NCBI GenBank assembly: GCA_965205265.1
Contig: CBDBGH010000003.1
Coordinates: 608,001 to 672,000 of the forward strand
DNA from: Alphaproteobacteria bacterium
GTDB taxonomy: Bacteria > Pseudomonadota > Alphaproteobacteria > Bin95
Length of the DNA stretch: 64,000 nucleotides
Direction: 5' to 3'
The notes under the pieces are model-generated. The model saw only the letters and a program-made list of their open reading frames with translations. It did no database searches and was not told where the DNA came from. The first letter of the stretch is position 1; every line of letters begins with the position of its first letter. The translations under genes and the position numbers were made by a program. Below, one piece after another: positions 38,349-46,996 of this stretch.

Positions 38349-38472
38349 GGGCCCGCAGTATAGAGCGGAAACGCCCCCTATGCGCCGTAAATCGAGGCGG
38401 GAGGTTGGACCTTCCGTTGTGGCTTGGAATGAACAATTTCGGATATTTTTGAATTATGTTCCCTGTATGGGC

Positions 38473-38499
38473 TTGACATCTGGCGGATTGTGGTATGAT
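38473..38499 (+). promoter_or_regulatory. Sigma70-like promoter, repeat element copy 1
   Basis: TTGACA-15 nt-TATGAT with extended -10 TG; equivalent motif in copy 2; spacer is short. Confidence 0.55.
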
Positions 38500-38504
38500 G
38501 GTCC

Positions 38505-38730
38505 CCAGGGAAGCGGACTCCGGAGCCGCCTCCCCCGGGTGCCGCGCGGCCGAGCGGCGCCATTTCTGAAAACCCGTGAGAAGCCGACGGGAGACGTGCG
38601 CCCTGTGCCTCGCGCGCGCAATCAGGCGCGCAAACCGCGCCGCCGCGAAACGCGCGCCCGCGCCGACACAGGCGCCCGCGCAGGATACGCGCGGAAAAGG
38701 GACCCGCTCCCCGTCGGAGGAGGAGAGACG
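38505..38730 (+). ncRNA. Putative structured non-coding leader, copy 1
   Basis: Identical 12-22 nt blocks shared with 57481-57705 (-); conserved 5' hairpin GAAGCGG..CCGCYTC. Confidence 0.5.
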
Positions 38731-39318
38731 ATGACCGCAACTGACCCCCGCCCCGCACTGGCGGCGATGCTGGCCGAAAAGCTGGCCCCGGCCGCCGCAG
38801 CCCTTGCCGAAGCTTATGCCCAGGACATGGGCGCAGCGCCGCCGCCGGAGGACAACCGTGCCTCGGCCGAACGCCATCGCGCCGGACGCGCCGCGCTCTC
38901 CCATCTGCGCCAGATCCTCAATGTCCTCGACTGGGCCGCCGCCCGCATGCCCGAGCCGGAGCCGGCAGTCATCGAGGAACCGGCGGACGACTGGGTTCCG
39001 GAGCCGGAGCCCGAGACCGGCTATGACGGCAGCGAGGACGAATACCACTATTTCGACGAGGTCTGGGTCGGCAGCCAGCAGACGCCCGAGTTCCGGGCCT
39101 GGCATGCGGAGCAGGAGCGCCGCTTCGGGCCGCTGGTGCCGGACGAGGACAGTTACGACGGCAGCGAGGACTACTACAATTTCGGCGAGCGCCAGTATGT
39201 GGGCAAGCTGACCACGCCCGCGTTCTACGACTGGCTCGCCCGCCAGGAACGCCGCGAGGCCGCAGAACTCGCCGCAAGGGAGGCCGCAGAAGGAGGCGGG
39301 GGTACCGGCGGGTGGTAG
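38731..39318 (+). CDS. Hypothetical protein with a duplicated YDGSED motif
   Basis: GGAGGAGGAG RBS; host-like GC-rich codons; two repeats YDGSED...T-P-x-F-x-x-W-x-A-x-QERR. Confidence 0.75.
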   Translation: MTATDPRPALAAMLAEKLAPAAAALAEAYAQDMGAAPPPEDNRASAERHRAGRAALSHLRQILNVLDWAAARMPEPEPAVIEEPADDWVPEPEPETGYDGSEDEYHYFDEVWVGSQQTPEFRAWHAEQERRFGPLVPDEDSYDGSEDYYNFGERQYVGKLTTPAFYDWLARQERREAAELAAREAAEGGGGTGGW

Positions 39319-39365
39319 AGCATGCTCCGCTCGGGCTGAAACGAATCCCTCCACAGAGCCCCCAT

Positions 39366-39405
39366 CGTCACCCCGGCCGGAGCGAAGCGGAGAGCCGGGG
39401 TCCAG
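39366..39405. repeat. REP-like hairpin (third family)
   Basis: CGTCACCCCGGCCGGAGCGAAGCGGAGAGCCGGGGTCCAG. Confidence 0.55.
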
Positions 39406-39574
39406 ACTGCCGGGGTCTTTACCGGATTGCGCCGGTCGTGCCGGGCTCCGGCTCGGGGGTCGGAGCGACAATAGGGGCCGTCGCCATAGGTTCCGATCAA
39501 CGACCGTTGGTATCAAAGAGCGGACGGCTTCATGCCCAAATCGGCTACGGCATATGAACTCCGCGCATGCAGAA

Positions 39575-39601
39575 CATGACATCGCATGACATTCCATGAC
39601 A
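39575..39601 (+). repeat. Three CATGACA heptamers at 10-bp period, copy 1
   Basis: CATGACA at 39575, 39585 and 39595. Confidence 0.9.
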
Positions 39602-39747
39602 CATCCCTGGAGTGGGCCCCTGGGGTCGGACAGTCCGGTTGAGGAGATTTGTCGGATGCGCAGGCGTCGGAAGGACTGCGGCCGCGGGGAAGCGCCGGGC
39701 GGTTCCCGGCTCCCGGCCCGGCGGGACCTGCCGCGCGTTTGCCGGGC

Positions 39748-40992
39748 CTAATCCCGGTCCCCGAACTCCCGGCTCGCCGCGGCGAGCGCCGCCTCCCTGC
39801 CGGGGCCGGCGACCGCCTGCAGCGCGAAGGGCATGCCGTTCGCCATTCGTCCGCAGGGGAAGGCGAGCGCCGGCAGGCCGGCAAGATTGGCGAAGGCCAG
39901 CAGTTCCGCCTGGTTGGCGGGCGCCTTGCGGGAGCGGGGGAACGGGCCGCAGGGCGCGACCGGCGCGATAATGACGGCGTCGCCGATGCGCTCGGCCGCA
40001 TCCTCCCGGATGCGCCCGACTGCCTCCCGCGCCGCCGCCAGGCGTTCGGGCGCCAGCGTCGCGCCGTAATGGAGGAAGCCGCGCAATTCGTCGGAGGCGC
40101 CCTCCGGCATGCCGAGCACCGCATGGGCTTCCGCCTCTATGACCAACAGGCCCGCCTTGCGCGCCGCCGAAGGCTCGTAGCCCGGCCAGTCCAGCGCCGG
40201 CAGGTCGAGCGCCGGCATGGCGTCCTCGACTTCCGCTTCGAGGGGGTATCCGTCGAAGGCGGAGAGCCTGACCGGATGCCAGCGTCCCTCCGGCTCCGCC
40301 GGGCGCCCCGCCATGACCTCAAGCAGCGCCAGCGCGTCGTCGGCCGTGCGCGCGAGCGGTCCCACATGGTCGAAGCTCGGCGCAAGCGGCGCGACACCGT
40401 CCAGCGGCACCGCGCCCCGCGTCGGCTTCAGGCCGAAGCAGCCGCAATAGGCCGCCGGCAGGCGTATCGAGCCCATGGTGTCGGAGCCGAGCGCGGCAGC
40501 CGCAAGCCCGGCCGCAACGACCGCGCCGGAGCCGCCGCTCGACCCGCCCGCCGTCCACCCCTCGCGGTGCGGATTGTGCGTCATGCCCCAATGCGGGTTG
40601 AAGGTCGTCGTGCCGAAAGCCGCCTCATGCAGATTGGTCTTGCCGAGCAGCACCGCGCCCGCTTTCCGGAGCCGCGCGACGACGGACGCGTCCGCCTCCG
40701 CGAGCCGCCCGCCCGGCAGGCCGTTCGCGGTGACGATGCCGGCCATATCGATATTGTCCTTGATCGCAATGGGTGCGCCGTCGATGGCGGAGGCCGGCCG
40801 GCCTGCCCGCCAGCGCGCCGCAGACGCCGCCGCGGCCTCGCGCGCGGCCTCCGCCGCGACGGCGACATAGGCGTTGAGCCGGGGATTCTCCCGCGCGATC
40901 CGGTCGAGACAGGCCTCGGTGACCGCGACGGGATCGAGACGTCCGGCGGCATAGCCTTCCCGCAGTTCGGAAAGGGAAAGTCCGGTGCTCAT
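39748..40992 (-). CDS. Amidase signature family enzyme
   Basis: 'IKDNID', 'GGSSGGS', 'GSDTMGSIRLPA'. Confidence 0.9.
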   Translation of the reverse strand: MSTGLSLSELREGYAAGRLDPVAVTEACLDRIARENPRLNAYVAVAAEAAREAAAASAARWRAGRPASAIDGAPIAIKDNIDMAGIVTANGLPGGRLAEADASVVARLRKAGAVLLGKTNLHEAAFGTTTFNPHWGMTHNPHREGWTAGGSSGGSGAVVAAGLAAAALGSDTMGSIRLPAAYCGCFGLKPTRGAVPLDGVAPLAPSFDHVGPLARTADDALALLEVMAGRPAEPEGRWHPVRLSAFDGYPLEAEVEDAMPALDLPALDWPGYEPSAARKAGLLVIEAEAHAVLGMPEGASDELRGFLHYGATLAPERLAAAREAVGRIREDAAERIGDAVIIAPVAPCGPFPRSRKAPANQAELLAFANLAGLPALAFPCGRMANGMPFALQAVAGPGREAALAAASREFGDRD

Positions 40993-42239
40993 GGCGCAGA
41001 CCCGCGGCTTCGTTGGCGGTGACCGTGCCACAGGACCAGGAGGCCGGCCAGCAGGTGCAGCCCGGCGAGGCCCAGCAGCGGCCAGACATAGGCGCCGGTC
41101 GCATCGAACAGCCAGCCGGTCAGGGCGGTCGCAAGGCTTGCCATGACGAACATGCCGGCCGCGGTCAGGCCGTAGGCCGTGCCGTAGCCGTCCTGGCCGA
41201 AGCCGTCCACCAGCAGCAGGGGCGGCAGCATCACGATGCAGCCGATGACGAAGCCGGCGATGGCGGAGGCGGCGAACAGCAGGGCGGGCGGCTCCCCGGC
41301 CAGCAGCAACAGCAGCCCGAATGCCTGTATCAGGTAGCAGCCGGCGGCCAGCACCGGCAGCGGGAAGCGGGCGCTCAGCGCCCCCAGCACAAACCGGCCG
41401 CCGGCCGCGCTCAGGGCCGCAACGCTGACCGCGAAGGCCGCGCCGGAGAGCCCGAGAGCGCCTTCCAGGAGCGGGATCTGGTGCATCAGGAACCCGACCT
41501 GCGCACCGAGCGACAGGCTGCAGGCGGATGCGACGAGCCAGAACCGGAAGTCGGCCAGAAACCGCCCCGGCGGCGGCTTGCGGCGCGCTTCGGCGGCGGC
41601 GGACGCTCCGAACTCCCTTGCGGCTTCCCCCTCCCGGGGCGGCCGGACCAGCAACAGCGCAACCGGCAGCACCGACAGGATGAGCGCCGCGCCGATGCCT
41701 GTCATGGCGGCGTCGAAGCCGTATCGGGCGGAAAACCACGTCATCAGCGGCGGCATGACGGCGCCGCCGGCGCTCGCCCCGGTCAGCGCAATGCCGAGAG
41801 CAAGGCCGAGCCGGCGCCTGAACCACGGCACCAGCGCGGCGCTGACCGCCATGGCCGCCAGACCCGGATAAGCGCTGCCCATGAGCGCGAAGATCGCGAA
41901 GAGCTGCCAGCGCGCCTCGAAGAAGCCCGCCTCGAACGCCGCCAGCGCAAAGCAGCCCGCCGCCATGGCCAGGGCGCCGTACACCGCTGCCGGCCGCGCG
42001 CCGAACCTGTCCGCTACCCGCCCGAATACGAGGCTGGAGGCCACATTCGCCAGCCAGAACCCCGCCACGACGCTCGACAGGAGAGAGGCCGGCCAACCGG
42101 TCGAGCGGCCGAGCACAGCCATGTAGAACCCGTGGCCGTAGAACCCGACGCCCCAGGCATAGAACGCCATGACGAATCCGCCCGCCGCCACCCACCAGCC
42201 GCGGTAAATGCCCCCGCCCGAGTCGCTGTCCGGCGGCAA
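40989..42239 (-). CDS. MFS transporter
   Basis: About 12 TM segments, 'GRVADRFGAR', 'WFRRRLGLALGI'. Confidence 0.9.
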   Translation of the reverse strand: MPPDSDSGGGIYRGWWVAAGGFVMAFYAWGVGFYGHGFYMAVLGRSTGWPASLLSSVVAGFWLANVASSLVFGRVADRFGARPAAVYGALAMAAGCFALAAFEAGFFEARWQLFAIFALMGSAYPGLAAMAVSAALVPWFRRRLGLALGIALTGASAGGAVMPPLMTWFSARYGFDAAMTGIGAALILSVLPVALLLVRPPREGEAAREFGASAAAEARRKPPPGRFLADFRFWLVASACSLSLGAQVGFLMHQIPLLEGALGLSGAAFAVSVAALSAAGGRFVLGALSARFPLPVLAAGCYLIQAFGLLLLLAGEPPALLFAASAIAGFVIGCIVMLPPLLLVDGFGQDGYGTAYGLTAAGMFVMASLATALTGWLFDATGAYVWPLLGLAGLHLLAGLLVLWHGHRQRSRGSAP

Positions 42240-42269
42240 ACCGGGAACTACGCTTCGAACCGGAACGGT

Positions 42270-43622
42270 TCAGCGCTCATCGACGAGCCTGACCGGCTTT
42301 TGCCGTTCGTTGACTTGCGTGAACGCAGCCGTTCCGCCGGGCGCGACGAGCTCGACTGCGACCTGGACGCCGAGGCCCCGTTTCAGGCGCTCGGACAGGG
42401 CCTCCGCCAGCCGGTCCCCCGGTTCGCGCGCCTCCGCCATGACCGCCATTTCCTCGCGGCCTCCGGCCCGGAATACCCGGCAGACATATTCGCCGGTGAG
42501 CGCTTCGAACTCTTCGAGAAACGCGCCGACAGCCGTTGGATAAACATTGATGCCGCGCAGCTTCACCATATTGTCCGACCGGCCCTCGAACCCCGACATG
42601 CGGCGGAAGTTGATGCCGGAATCCGGATCCGGCGCGGAAAGCGTCGTCAGATCCTTGGTGTCGAAGCGGACGATCGGGTAGATGCCGGTCTTGAACAGGA
42701 CCGTCGCGCAAAGATTGCCGGCATGGCCGTCCTCGACCGGCTTGCCCGTTTCCGGGTCGAGCGCTTCCACGAGATGCGCATCCTCGAAGATGTGCAGGCC
42801 GTTCCGGCTCGGGCTTTCGGCGGCGATGACGCCGGTGTCGCCGACCCCGTACCAGTCATAGACCGCCGCTCCGCCCCAGGCGTCCGAAACCGCCTGCCGG
42901 TCGCCGCGCCCGAAATGGCCGAGGACGAGGCGGAGCGGAATCGTCAGACCTTTCCGCGCGGCGGTTTCGGCCAGATGGCGGACATAATCGCCGAAGCCGA
43001 CCAGCACCGTCGCGCCAAGCCGCGCCATGGTTTCGACCTGCTGTTCGGACGGCATGTCGCGCCCCGTGCCGGCGGGAACCAGCAGCGCGTCGGTGAAATG
43101 CGTCACCGCCTCGCGGACATAATGGCCGCCATTGACCGTGCCGAAGCCGTAAACGGAATGGACGACATCGTCGTCCCTGAGCCCCATGAGGCGATAGGCG
43201 CGGGCGAGCAGAAGGTTCTGGATTTCGCGGTCTTCGGCTCCGTAGAACAAGGGCTGCGGGATGCCGGTCGTGCCGGAGGTCGTGTGGAATACGACGAAGG
43301 CATTGTCAGCGTCGCGCCCGTCGAAACGCCCGAACGGCGGGGCCGCGGCCACGCTCGCCATCAGGTCGTCCTTGGAGAAGGAGGGAACCCGCGCCAGGTC
43401 GTCGAGGCCCGAAATGTCGCCCGGCTCCAGGCCCGCCGCGGTCCATCGGTCCCGGTAGAACGGAACCTGCCAAGCGCGCTCCATGACACGGGCAAAGCGG
43501 CGCTCCTGGAGCGCCCGCAGCGCATCGCGGGACAGCGCCGCCGGGCCTTCGAGAAAGGCCGTGCCCATCGGGTAGTCCCTAAGCATGGCCCCCACATCGA
43601 GCCGGCCGAGCAGTCCGCTCAC
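42270..43622 (-). CDS. Phenylacetate-CoA ligase family adenylating enzyme
   Basis: 'HTTSGTTG', 'RFDTKDLT', 'GRSDNMVKLRGINVYP'; GTGA overlap with the upstream gene. Confidence 0.88.
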   Translation of the reverse strand: MSGLLGRLDVGAMLRDYPMGTAFLEGPAALSRDALRALQERRFARVMERAWQVPFYRDRWTAAGLEPGDISGLDDLARVPSFSKDDLMASVAAAPPFGRFDGRDADNAFVVFHTTSGTTGIPQPLFYGAEDREIQNLLLARAYRLMGLRDDDVVHSVYGFGTVNGGHYVREAVTHFTDALLVPAGTGRDMPSEQQVETMARLGATVLVGFGDYVRHLAETAARKGLTIPLRLVLGHFGRGDRQAVSDAWGGAAVYDWYGVGDTGVIAAESPSRNGLHIFEDAHLVEALDPETGKPVEDGHAGNLCATVLFKTGIYPIVRFDTKDLTTLSAPDPDSGINFRRMSGFEGRSDNMVKLRGINVYPTAVGAFLEEFEALTGEYVCRVFRAGGREEMAVMAEAREPGDRLAEALSERLKRGLGVQVAVELVAPGGTAAFTQVNERQKPVRLVDER

Positions 43623-44479
43623 GGCAGGCAGTCCGCTATGTCCCGCCTGAGCGCGACCCACACGCCCTCATGCTGCCCGGCATGATCGAGGAAGCGCTCC
43701 AGCCAGCCGATGCGGCCCGGACGACCGATGATCCGCAGATGCACGCCGAGGCTCATCATCTTCGGCGCCCCTTCGACGCCCTCCCGGTAAAGCCGGTCGA
43801 ACGTCTCCCGCGCATAGTCGAACCAGTGCGCCGGCGTATAGGCGGGATCGGTCCACATCTTCATGTCGTTGGTGTCGAGCGCATAAGGCACGACCGCGAT
43901 CCGGCCCGCGGGCTCCTCGTGCCGGAAGGGCAGGTCGTCCGAATAGTCGTCCATGTGGTAGGCGAAACCTTCCTCGATCAGCAGCCGCCTCGTGTTGTCG
44001 GTCAGCAGATAGCGCGACAGCCAGCCTGCCGGCCGGGCGCCGGTCGTCCGCTCGATCGACGCCGCGGCATCGCGCACGAAGGCCCGCTCCTGCGCCTCTT
44101 CCATGCGGAACTGATGCACCCAGCGATGCCCGTGCGCGCAGACCTCGTGCCCGCCCGCCGCAATCCGCGCCGCGAGCTCCGGCGCCCGCTCCAGCGCCAT
44201 AGCCGCCGCGGTGAAGGTCGCCTTCAGCCCGCGCTCTTCCAGCAGCCGCATGACCCGGGGCGCGCCTGCCTTTATGCCGTAGGCGTAGTTGCTTTCGTTG
44301 CCGTAATTGCGGACCGCGCGCCTCGGGCTGGCGCCCAGTTCGTCCACGGGTTCGGGATAAGGGTCGCCGTCGTCGATGCGGGCCTCCGCGCCCTCCTCGA
44401 CATTCACCACCAGGGAGAGCGCGATCCGCGCCCCGCCGGGCCAGGGCGCCCGGCGCCAGTCGCTGTCGTTCGTTTCCAT
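43619..44479 (-). CDS. Polysaccharide deacetylase family (PuuE allantoinase-like)
   Basis: 'WPGGARIALSLVVNVEEG', 'HGHRW', 'LDTNDMK', 'HLRIIGRPGR'. Confidence 0.88.
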   Translation of the reverse strand: METNDSDWRRAPWPGGARIALSLVVNVEEGAEARIDDGDPYPEPVDELGASPRRAVRNYGNESNYAYGIKAGAPRVMRLLEERGLKATFTAAAMALERAPELAARIAAGGHEVCAHGHRWVHQFRMEEAQERAFVRDAAASIERTTGARPAGWLSRYLLTDNTRRLLIEEGFAYHMDDYSDDLPFRHEEPAGRIAVVPYALDTNDMKMWTDPAYTPAHWFDYARETFDRLYREGVEGAPKMMSLGVHLRIIGRPGRIGWLERFLDHAGQHEGVWVALRRDIADCLP

Positions 44480-44567
44480 CGCCTCTCCGCCGCCCTCGCT
44501 TCCCGCGCCGGCCGTGCTAGGTTTCGGCGGGCGCGATACCCGCGCAGCATAGAATAAATCGTCCCCG

Positions 44568-45635
44568 ATGGCCGAAATTCCCCTCAAAAAGCGCCGCAGG
44601 GCTTACACCTATCTGCTGTTGGCCCTGCCGGTGGCGGCGATCGCCGTGGGCGTCAACGAGGCGATCCACTGGTGGCACAATGTCTATGAGCCGGACGCCC
44701 GCGTCGCGGCGGATTTCACCCTGCTCTCCTCCAGCGTCAATGCCCGCGTCGCGGCGATCCGCGTGCGCAAGGGCGATGTCGTCGAAAAGGGGGCGCCGCT
44801 CGCCGACATGGACGATGTCGTCGCCGGGCTCGACCTCCGCGCGCTCGAAGCCGAACTGGAAAAGCAGAAGGCCCAGCGCGGCCAGGTGGAAGCGGAACTC
44901 ACGCTTTTCAAGGCGGAACTCGCCGACAAGATCGCCACCGTCGAGGAGACCGTCCGGCTGCTGCGCCTCGAGCTGGCAACGCTGGAGCGCCGCAAGCAGA
45001 TCGCGGAGGACAATCTCAAGCGGAACAGGCGGCTCGGCCGCGATGTCGTGCCGCAACGGCGGATCGACGAGGCGCGCGATGAGCTGCTGGAAATGGAAAG
45101 CAAGCTGCGCGACATCCAGACCCGCATCGCCGTGAACCTCAGGGAAGCCGCAGAACTGGCCGGCACCGCCGGACGGGAACGCCTGTTCCGGACCCGGCTT
45201 GCGGTCATCGACCGGGACATCGACAAGACCGCTGTCGAAGTCGAACAGGCGCGCCGCCGGCTGGAGGACATGCATATCCGCGCGCCGGTCCGCGCCGTCA
45301 TCGACGAAGTGCATGTCAATCCGGGCGCCTATGTCGAGGACGGCGATCCGGTATTCCTGATCCACGCTCCCGACCGGGTCTGGATCGAGGCCGATATCGA
45401 CGAGTCCGACATCCGCCATATCCAGCCTGGCCAGCCGGTCGCCATCGACTTCGACGCCTGGCCGGACGAGACGCTTGAGGGCCGCGTGCGGGCGATCGGG
45501 CGCACGACCGTGGGCGGCAGCGAGGCGAACGGCCGCGGCGGCGCGCGCAAGATCCCGGTATTCATCGACATCCCGCCGGTGGAGAAGACCGTCTGGCCGG
45601 GAATGCGCGCCGCGGTCAATATCCGCATACGCTGA
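44568..45635 (+). CDS. HlyD/EmrA-like membrane fusion protein
   Basis: N-terminal TM, lipoyl half-motifs, long coiled coil, 'WIEADIDESDI', 'PGMRA'. Confidence 0.85.
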   Translation: MAEIPLKKRRRAYTYLLLALPVAAIAVGVNEAIHWWHNVYEPDARVAADFTLLSSSVNARVAAIRVRKGDVVEKGAPLADMDDVVAGLDLRALEAELEKQKAQRGQVEAELTLFKAELADKIATVEETVRLLRLELATLERRKQIAEDNLKRNRRLGRDVVPQRRIDEARDELLEMESKLRDIQTRIAVNLREAAELAGTAGRERLFRTRLAVIDRDIDKTAVEVEQARRRLEDMHIRAPVRAVIDEVHVNPGAYVEDGDPVFLIHAPDRVWIEADIDESDIRHIQPGQPVAIDFDAWPDETLEGRVRAIGRTTVGGSEANGRGGARKIPVFIDIPPVEKTVWPGMRAAVNIRIR

Positions 45636-46996
45636 TGGACCTCGCGCGTTTCAGCCCGCGCACGATCATGGCGGCGGCGACTGTCGCCATGCTGGTGCAG
45701 CAGGCGTTCTCCTATGTCTGCCAGATCGCGCTGCCGATCCTGGCCGACCGGATCGCCGAGGACTTCGGCATCTCCCGGGCCTGGCTTGGCTTCTACCTCT
45801 TCCTCCAGAATGTGGCTGCGATCATTGCGGCAGTCGGCTGCGGCGGCTTCATCCTGCGCTACGGGCCTCTGCGGGTAAGCCAGTTCGCCCTGCTGCTGAT
45901 GGGGTCGAGCCTGCTGGTGACGGCATCGGCGCAGCTGTGGCTGTTCCCGCTGGGCGCAGTCCTGCTGGGCGCGGCCTCCGTTTCGACGCCCGCGAGTTCC
46001 CACATCCTGGCGCGGGTGACGCCGTTGCGCCTCGCACCGCTGGTCTTCTCTATCAAGCAGACCGGCGTGCCCGTCGGCGCGCTCATCGGCGGGTTGCTCG
46101 TGCCCTTCCTGCTGGCGCTTACCTTCTATTCGGAGACGCTCGGCGAGTCGGTTCGGCTCGGCCCTTACGGCGCCGCATTCGTCACCTGCCTGATCGTCTT
46201 CGCGGTGATGGTCTCGCTGGAGCCCGTGCGAACCTATTTCGACGCCGACCGCCGCCCTGACATGAAGATCGCCTTCGGCGACCTTCCGGCAACCCTGAAG
46301 ACGGTGCTCGCCATCCGCCCGCTGCGCGACCTGTCCTTCGCCGCCTTCGCCTTCGGCGGCCTGCAGGCGCTCTTCTCGGGCTTCTTCATCCTCTTCCTCA
46401 TCGACGGGCTGGACTACTCGGAAGCCGAGGCCGGCTCCGCCTTTGCCATCGCATCCTTCTCCGCCGTCTGGGCGCGCATCCTCTGGGGCGCTCTCGGTGG
46501 CGGCGCCGTGTCGCCGCGCATCATCATGGCCGGCATCGGGCTGGTGGCCGGACTTTCGGCAGTCGCGACCGCGCTCTACGGGACCGACTGGACTTTCTGG
46601 GAAATCACCGCCGTCGCCGTCGTCTTCAACATGACAGCGCTCAGCTGGCACGGCATCCTGCTGGCGGAGACCGCGCGGCTCGCGCCGGAAGGACAGGTCG
46701 GCGGCGTCACCGGCGGCGTGCTGGCCTTTACCTCCATCGCCATGATGATCTATCCGGCGCTTTACGGCGGCCTGCTCGCCTGGACGGGCTCCTACGGAAT
46801 CGGCTTCATCCTGGGCGCCATCCCGTCCTTCGCCGCGTTCGTCATATTCGTCAATCCGCCCGTGGACGGCGCGTGGACCGGCCTTGCCGCGCGGTTCGGC
46901 CGCCTGCTCCTCTCAAGGCGGGCGCTCGCACGCGCCGGGGCCGTAACCGTGCTCGGCTCCGCGCTTGGCGTCGCGCTCAACGCGGCGGGCTGGTGA
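45635..46996 (+). CDS. MFS transporter
   Basis: Multi-TM protein, 'FSIKQTGVPVG'. Confidence 0.88.
   Translation: MDLARFSPRTIMAAATVAMLVQQAFSYVCQIALPILADRIAEDFGISRAWLGFYLFLQNVAAIIAAVGCGGFILRYGPLRVSQFALLLMGSSLLVTASAQLWLFPLGAVLLGAASVSTPASSHILARVTPLRLAPLVFSIKQTGVPVGALIGGLLVPFLLALTFYSETLGESVRLGPYGAAFVTCLIVFAVMVSLEPVRTYFDADRRPDMKIAFGDLPATLKTVLAIRPLRDLSFAAFAFGGLQALFSGFFILFLIDGLDYSEAEAGSAFAIASFSAVWARILWGALGGGAVSPRIIMAGIGLVAGLSAVATALYGTDWTFWEITAVAVVFNMTALSWHGILLAETARLAPEGQVGGVTGGVLAFTSIAMMIYPALYGGLLAWTGSYGIGFILGAIPSFAAFVIFVNPPVDGAWTGLAARFGRLLLSRRALARAGAVTVLGSALGVALNAAGW

Noticed and set aside
38426-38470. Possible alphaproteobacterial LexA box upstream of the repeat element
   Set aside because: Single GAAC and GTTC half-sites are present, but there is no GTTC-N7-GTTC or GAAC-N7-GAAC match in either copy.
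38206-38730. Extended N-terminus of the 370-aa ORF, and ORF 57371-57643, as protein-coding versions of the conserved leader
   Set aside because: The shared block GGCGCCCGCGCA is read in different frames in the two copies, and the strong RBS lies just before ATG 38731.
39575-39601. Short direct repeats as a possible CRISPR array
   Set aside because: 7-bp repeats with 3-nt spacers, and no cas genes in the window.
41013-43685. 890-aa + strand ORF and similar shadow ORFs (11232-13388 N-part, 19441-22053, 25486-27441, 29176-31125)
   Set aside because: Antisense to well-supported genes, Arg/Gly/Ala-rich and without motifs.
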